Below, in pieces: positions 58,549-64,000 of a DNA stretch of 64,000 nt (within the stretch, counting starts at the first letter, position 1; the number at the start of each line of letters is the position of its first letter). The notes beneath the pieces are model-generated. The model made no database searches. It saw only the letters and a list, made by a program, of their open reading frames with translations, and was not told where the DNA came from. Source of the DNA: an uncultured Actinomycetes bacterium (GTDB taxonomy: Bacteria > Actinomycetota > UBA4738 > HRBIN12); assembly GCA_963771385.1 (NCBI GenBank), contig CAVYTE010000012.1, positions 219,194 through 283,193 of the forward strand, written 5' to 3'. The position numbers and the translations under genes are program-made.

Positions 58549-60129
58549 ATGAGGACGTGGAAGACTCTCGCCATCGCACTAGCCGTGGGCGTCGGCGCGT
58601 ACGCGATACTCGTCTCACTCTTACCAGGTGGCGGGACGCGTGAGTTCGCGCCGGGCTCGCAAGGCGAAGGCCGTGTTGGTACGAACAGGCGGTGCGAAGG
58701 TGTAACAGTTGCTGGGGGCGATGATCTTGCAGCTGTGGCTAATGCCGCCCCTCCAAACGTAACGTTCTGCATCTCGGGATACCACCGCTTATCCGACGAA
58801 ATCGTACCGAAGGAGGGTCAGAAGTTCTTGGGTGTGGGTCGCCCAGTGTTGAGTGGTTCACGGCTGCTGACCTCGTTTGCCCGGGAGGGCGACTACTGGG
58901 TCGTGTCCGGCCAGACCCAGGACTACTCCGATGCGAACGCCAAGATCGCAGAAGAATCCTGCACGGAAGGCTACGAGGGATGTCGCTACCCGGAGGATGT
59001 CTACCTCGACAACGAGTTCCTCCATCAGGTTCTCAGCCTTAGCGACCTTGGGACAGGCAAGTACTTCTTCGATTACGGAGCCGATAGGATCTACCTTGCC
59101 GACGATCCGGCCGAACGCAAGATTGAAGCGAGCGTGGTGCGACGCGCGTTCGCCAACTACCAAGGCGTGGATCACGTTGTCGTTCGAGGGCTCGTAATCG
59201 AGAAGTTTTCGGCTTACGCCGGTGAGGACGGAGCACTGGGCGCCTTCCACGGGTCAGACTGGATCATCGAGGACAACGAAATCACATTGAACCATGGGTC
59301 GGGAATCACGGTCGGTGGAACCGATGGATTAATCGTCCGACGCAACTACATCCACGACAACGGTTGCAGTGGTATCAGCGGAACGGATGCCCATACCCTA
59401 CGGATCGAACGTAACGAGATCGCCTTCAACAACGTCCTGAATTATCTGTCATACGTCTGGTCATGTGGCGGAGGAAAGCTGGTAGGAGCCAGCGGCGTTC
59501 TCTTCAGACAGAACTACTCACACGACAACAACGGCTTCGGGTTCTGGACCGACGGAAGCAATCTCGATGTCGTGTATGAGGAGAACAGGTTCGAGGACAA
59601 CTTGATGGGCGGCGTCATCCACGAGATCAACGACGGTACCGAAGGCCCGACGGCCATCCGCAACAACGTATTCCGACGCAATGGCTATGGCCACCCTAAT
59701 CGAGTCATGATGGGCGCAGCAATCATCATCAGCGCATCAAACCACGTTGAGATCGTCGGAAACATCCTGGAGGACAATGCCCACGCAATCACGTTGAATT
59801 ACACGACTAGAGTTCTTGCGGATCGTGACGTGACCCTCCACGACATCGTCGTCCGCGACAACGTGATCAGCCTGGAGAGCGGACATGACCCGTATACGGA
59901 AGTGGGCCGAGTTGGATTCTACACATCGACCGTAGGTGCTTCGTTGCCTGAGGAGATCACCTTCGACGACAACCACTACTTCTTGGGCGATCCAGCAGAC
60001 GGACTACACTTCAGCGTTGCCGATCCGGTGTCCCGTTATGCGCTCGCTACCCCTGCTGATTGGCGAGTGGCCGGATTTGACACGTCGAGTGAGTTCAAAC
60101 CGCTAAGCGAGTACGTGGCGGGTCTCTAG
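58549..60129 (+). CDS. Secreted/anchored right-handed parallel beta-helix protein (pectin lyase-like fold)
   Basis: N-terminal hydrophobic segment; repeated Asn-ladder units (IEDNEITLNHG, RRNYIHDNG, QNYSHDNNG.G.WTD, IRNNVFRRN). Confidence 0.85.
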   Translation: MRTWKTLAIALAVGVGAYAILVSLLPGGGTREFAPGSQGEGRVGTNRRCEGVTVAGGDDLAAVANAAPPNVTFCISGYHRLSDEIVPKEGQKFLGVGRPVLSGSRLLTSFAREGDYWVVSGQTQDYSDANAKIAEESCTEGYEGCRYPEDVYLDNEFLHQVLSLSDLGTGKYFFDYGADRIYLADDPAERKIEASVVRRAFANYQGVDHVVVRGLVIEKFSAYAGEDGALGAFHGSDWIIEDNEITLNHGSGITVGGTDGLIVRRNYIHDNGCSGISGTDAHTLRIERNEIAFNNVLNYLSYVWSCGGGKLVGASGVLFRQNYSHDNNGFGFWTDGSNLDVVYEENRFEDNLMGGVIHEINDGTEGPTAIRNNVFRRNGYGHPNRVMMGAAIIISASNHVEIVGNILEDNAHAITLNYTTRVLADRDVTLHDIVVRDNVISLESGHDPYTEVGRVGFYTSTVGASLPEEITFDDNHYFLGDPADGLHFSVADPVSRYALATPADWRVAGFDTSSEFKPLSEYVAGL

Positions 60130-60927
60130 ATGCCGATCGAGCATGTCATCTACATCCACATCCCCAAGGCCGCTGGACGAACGATGCATAGCATCATCTC
60201 AAGGCAGTATCGGCGTGATGAGATAATCGCCATCGAGGGAGGAGTTGGGAAGATAGAGTTGCCGCCATTCGTTGACGGCGTGGGATTGAGAATGGTTGTC
60301 GGCCATGTCCATTACGGATTGCATGAGCGCTTGCCGGGGATCAGCAGCTACGTAACACTTCTGCGGGAACCAGTAAGCCGTGTCCTCTCACTGTACCGAT
60401 ACATCGCGACGAACCCCAAGCACTACTTGCACAAGGACGTGGCCGACCACGGTCTGATGGAATTCGTCTCTAGCGACGCAGACGATGAAGAGATCGAGAA
60501 TGGGCAGACAAGGCAGATCGCCGGGGTTACGCATGGATCCCCCGACAGGTCCAGCCTCGCACGCGCAAAGCGAAACCTCGTTGAGCACTTTGCGGCGGTT
60601 GGGTTAGTTGAACGCTTTGACGAGAGCGTCATCCTCTTCAGGCGACGATTGGGATGGCAATGGCCATTCTACTTGCGAAAGAATGTAACGGGGACAGCGC
60701 CGAGGAACGATACGTCAGACGCGGCGCTCGAAATCATAAGAGACCGGAACATACTTGACATCGAGCTCTATCACTTTGGCCGCGCACTCTTCGAGCAGTC
60801 GGTTGAGCGGGAAGGTCCGCTGTTCGGTGTCGAGGTTTCAATCTTCCAGGCGCTCAACGCAGTAGCGCAAGTCTATTCGATTGGGACGGGAAGGGTACGC
60901 CGGATGATCGGCAAGTGGTATGAGTAA
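60130..60927 (+). CDS. Sulfotransferase, paralog of 57547..58389
   Basis: YIHIPKAAG, GHVHYGLH, TLLREPVSRVLSLY, ENGQTRQIAG, VGLVERFDES. Confidence 0.9.
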   Translation: MPIEHVIYIHIPKAAGRTMHSIISRQYRRDEIIAIEGGVGKIELPPFVDGVGLRMVVGHVHYGLHERLPGISSYVTLLREPVSRVLSLYRYIATNPKHYLHKDVADHGLMEFVSSDADDEEIENGQTRQIAGVTHGSPDRSSLARAKRNLVEHFAAVGLVERFDESVILFRRRLGWQWPFYLRKNVTGTAPRNDTSDAALEIIRDRNILDIELYHFGRALFEQSVEREGPLFGVEVSIFQALNAVAQVYSIGTGRVRRMIGKWYE

Positions 60928-61424
60928 AGTATTCGGACAATGACTACCAACCGCCCCTCAGTTTGCCCCTCACCCTGCCGAACGATCCGAAGGTGGGATT
61001 CCGCTACCCACTTTTCCACGGTCCGAGCCTGGGGCTTTCGACAAGCTGAGACCGCGTGGCTTCGGTTCGTCGCCGCGTCGAAGTACGGGACCAACTCGAT
61101 GTTCATCCGCGCAGGCATCGGAGAGATGCCTTGCCAGACCTGGCCACGAGGCAGGTTTCTGGCATCCTCGTGCAAACCAGGGAATCGTTGTGCGATCCGA
61201 GCGGTCGCGCCACTTCCTAAGTGTGGACGTTAGGAGTCCTCCCGCTTCAGCATCCGCAGGTCACTTCCCGGGAGAAGGGATGGCGTAGGCCTCTTGATTC
61301 CGCCATGGTTGCAGGATTCCGCCAGGCAACGAGAGCTCACCCTTCACCGGGCGACAAGCCCGGACTCGTCCCAGGAGCGAGTCAATTCTCGTGTGATAGC
61401 TGCCTGGTGCCCCCGCTCTCCTGG

Positions 61425-62314
61425 TCAGTCTGTGCTGCGCGCGTAGTCGAACCGACTCAAGAACGGGGAAAGCTCGCGGTTGACGTATTCGAGCTGTCCG
61501 ACGCTCAACTCGCCCTTCCAGGTATCCACCAAGGTCGGATCGATTCTCTTGAGGGCCCCCTGTTTCCACTCGGGAAGAGCTCCGTCTCTCTTGCTCGCTC
61601 CCGCGAAAAATTCTCTCTCCGCCGACCGGTCGTATTCGATCATCTGGGGTGCGAAGTCAAGCTCGAGCCTGTTGCAGAATCTCGCAGCCTCTCCATCGGT
61701 CGGGCGACCAGGTCTTCGTAACGAACCAACTCGACAGACTCGGCATGGTCGATGGCCGGGCGGATATAGATGCGATAGCGCGCGACCGCTTCTTCAAGCG
61801 TCTCGCAAATCCAGAAATCGGCTTCGCTTCGGAGGGAGCTGTCTCTGTATCGAAGGCACGACGCCACAACTGCTCTCGGGTCCCGCAACATGAAAACAAC
61901 GGTTCCTTCCGGGAAGAGACTCTTGAGTTCTCGAACATAACGAGCATGGCGAGGAGTCTTGTCCCCCCAGTACTCCTTGCCTCGTTGATGGGCATATCTC
62001 TCAAAGAACCAAGCGACCTTGTTGCGGCGCCCTCGAGGCCGCCTGTGCCGCGCTAGCTTGTCGAATTCTGCAGCCAGATCGACACCGAAAGCAGCTGCCA
62101 GATTGCGCACATTTGATGCCTTTGGCAACAGGACCCGAGGACGCCCGGGTCTCTTGTAAAGCCAAGCCATGATGTTGGTCTCATCCGGAATCGCAATCTG
62201 AGGGTGACTGTTGAGCATCAGTCTGAGCAGAGTGGTCCCAGAGCGTGGTGTTCCCACGATGAAGATCGGGAGTCTTGTCATGCGAGTGTGGTGGACAGCT
62301 CGGTACTTGCCCAT
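61425..62314 (-). CDS. Sulfotransferase (Sulfotransfer_3 type; frameshifted)
   Basis: PIFIVGTPRSGTTLL, HPQIAIPDET, WGDKTP, RDPRAVVAS, VRYEDLV; C-terminus in ORF 61425..61643. Confidence 0.9.
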
Positions 62315-62374
62315 CGCTCAGCCACGCCTTCTCGCGCGATACGCGACGCAGGATCGTGCATGCGCCCCTCGACT

Positions 62375-63382
62375 TCAGTCGGCCGGCTTGATGCCCTCAA
62401 TTTCCATCTCGAGCTCGGCTAGATCCACCGTTCCCGTTCCGATCTTGCCTACAACGATGCTGGCTGCCACATTCGCCAGTGTAGCGGCCACTTCCATCGA
62501 TTCTCCTGCCGCCAAAGACAATGCGAGCGTGGCCGCGAACGTGTCGCCGGCACCTGTCACGTCAAACACACTCCTTCGGCGCGCGGGGATACGCAGTTCC
62601 GATTCCTCGCCGCGGAACAAGCTCACACCTTCGGAGCCACGGGTGACTAGTAGAGAAGTGCCTGGGAGAAGGGAGTGAAGCTTGCTGACGTCCCCTGCCA
62701 AGTCACCCGTTGAGATGCTAAGAGGCTCTGCCGCAAGATGAACTTCAGCGACGTTGGGCGTCAGAACCGTTGCGCCCACATACTTCGTGTAGTCCCGCCC
62801 TTTGGGATCCACGATCACTGGCTTGTTCACTTCACGCGCTAGATTCATCAGATCCCGACAGAGTCGTTGGGTCGCTACACCCTTGCCATAGTCCGAGATC
62901 AATATGCTGCCGATCCATTCGAAGTGCTGTTTCGCCCATTCGAGGAGCGACGACTCTATCTCAAGCGAGATTTCTTTCCGCTCTTCTCGATCGATCCTGA
63001 GGATCTGCTGCGAACCGCCAATGACGCGGGTCTTCGTAGTAGTGGGTCGGTCGTCGCTCGAGACAAGACGCGTCTCGATCCGGTTCTTCGTGAGCTCGTC
63101 GCGAAGCAGGTCGGCTTCGGCGTCACCTCCCACTACCCCACCCAGAAGCACGTGGCCGTTCAGAGATGCCACATTTGCGGCGGCGTTGGCCGCTCCACCT
63201 ACGAGGTGGGAACGCGCGACGACCTCGACAACAGGGACTGGCGCCTCCGGAGAGATCCGCTTGACATCGCCCCACAGGTATTCGTCGAGCATCACATCGC
63301 CCATCACGAGTACGGACGCTTCGGCAAGGTCCCCCAGGGAGTGCGCCATCACGGGCTTTGCGTAGGTCGGACCCCGCAGCAC
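62375..63382 (-). CDS. rfaE1: D-glycero-D-manno-heptose-7-phosphate kinase (HldA/RfaE domain I)
   Basis: GDVMLDEY..G.V.RISPEAPVPV, GGAANAA, TTTKTR, SDYGKG, VDPK, DVTGAGDT. Confidence 0.94.
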   Translation of the reverse strand: MLRGPTYAKPVMAHSLGDLAEASVLVMGDVMLDEYLWGDVKRISPEAPVPVVEVVARSHLVGGAANAAANVASLNGHVLLGGVVGGDAEADLLRDELTKNRIETRLVSSDDRPTTTKTRVIGGSQQILRIDREERKEISLEIESSLLEWAKQHFEWIGSILISDYGKGVATQRLCRDLMNLAREVNKPVIVDPKGRDYTKYVGATVLTPNVAEVHLAAEPLSISTGDLAGDVSKLHSLLPGTSLLVTRGSEGVSLFRGEESELRIPARRRSVFDVTGAGDTFAATLALSLAAGESMEVAATLANVAASIVVGKIGTGTVDLAELEMEIEGIKPAD

Positions 63383-63422
63383 CTCCAGGCGATCGCTAGG
63401 ACATCAGGACCCGAGGAACAGG

Positions 63423-64000
63423 TCACAGGTTTCGTCCCGACACTGACATCCGCCGAACGATGTCGGAGGTGGAAAGACCTGGCACTAGCGCGACAAATTC
63501 GATTCTCCCTCCGTATGACTCAACAACCCTGCGCTCGGGGATCGGCTTGCCAGACGGTGGAGCATAGTCGGCGCCCTTCACATGCACGTCCGGCTTGAGT
63601 TCAGCAAGGACAGCCTCTGGCGTTACTCCTTCGAAGGCAACGACGTAGTCGGTCGTTCTCAGCGCCGCAAGGACTCGCATGCGTTCCGCAAGAGCGAAGA
63701 TCGGTCGACCTTGGCCTTTCAGCACGGCCACGGACGCATCGTCATTCACACCTACGACAAGAACGTCTCCGAGACGCCTGGCTTGCTCAAGGCAGTAGGT
63801 GTGCCCGCCGTGCAAGATGTCGAAGCATCCGTTCGTCCATACGACGGTCTTCTCCTCCAGTCTCCACCTGTCGCGAAGAAGGAGCAGGTCGCTCCATCTC
63901 ACGATCCCCATCGGAACGTCCACGGAGACGGGCTCCGCCGCGAACAACGACGATTCGATCACCTCACAAAGCACGTGAACCACGGCGATGTGGAGTTCCT
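63423..64000 (-). CDS. rfaE2: Heptose-1-phosphate adenylyltransferase (HldC/RfaE domain II), apparently fused behind a GmhA/SIS domain; 5' end outside window
   Basis: TNGCFDILHGGH, VGVNDD.SV..LKG..RP, KGADY, STSDI; in-frame upstream ELHIAVVHVLCEVIE matches the GmhA C-terminal helix. Confidence 0.88.
   Translation of the reverse strand, partial: ELHIAVVHVLCEVIESSLFAAEPVSVDVPMGIVRWSDLLLLRDRWRLEEKTVVWTNGCFDILHGGHTYCLEQARRLGDVLVVGVNDDASVAVLKGQGRPIFALAERMRVLAALRTTDYVVAFEGVTPEAVLAELKPDVHVKGADYAPPSGKPIPERRVVESYGGRIEFVALVPGLSTSDIVRRMSVSGRNL

Noticed and set aside
60928-61424. ~500-bp gap with short ORFs (60873-61175, 60940-61233, 61221-61721)
   Set aside because: No recognisable motifs, poor codon bias and no clear repeats; left as intergenic or decayed sequence.

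Overview
High-GC bacterial DNA, most likely a deep-branching member of Actinomycetota. Evidence: Streptomyces-like core synteny guaB3-guaA-pcrA-B12 subunit-sucCD-purNH-folD-mdh, a class E sortase, DUF1918 and DUF4012, and many leaderless TANNNT promoters. Many genes are split by single-base indels, densest in the first ~14 kb. These look like long-read assembly errors, so genes were reconstructed across frames and some boundaries are approximate. Layout: (1) 1-21.4 kb is a near-complete TCA cycle cluster (sdhAB, two IDH-family paralogs, two-subunit class I fumarase, mdh, citrate synthase, sucCD) interleaved with metF-folD-purH-purN. (2) 21.6-33 kb holds a DMFase-like gene, pcrA, sortase E, an orphan flavin-dependent halogenase, guaA and guaB3. 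(3) 33-64 kb is a large surface-glycan locus: DUF4012, a tiny sortase substrate, UDP-Glc dehydrogenase, UDP-xylose synthase, a priming transferase, GDP-Man 3,5-epimerase, a CDP/C-methyl sugar block, glycosyltransferases, three sulfotransferases and ADP-heptose genes. Best leads: a CCGHxGEPGC microprotein (absent from the ORF track) coupled to the Fe-S fumarase; a halogenase with a C-terminal PqqD/RRE-like winged helix; a ~29-residue sortase-anchored peptide beside the glycan locus; a nucleotidyltransferase/NMP-kinase/APH-kinase triple fusion; and a sulfated, L-galactose/xylose/heptose-type glycan toolkit with a GmhA-HldC fusion. All calls come from motif recognition; no searches were run.
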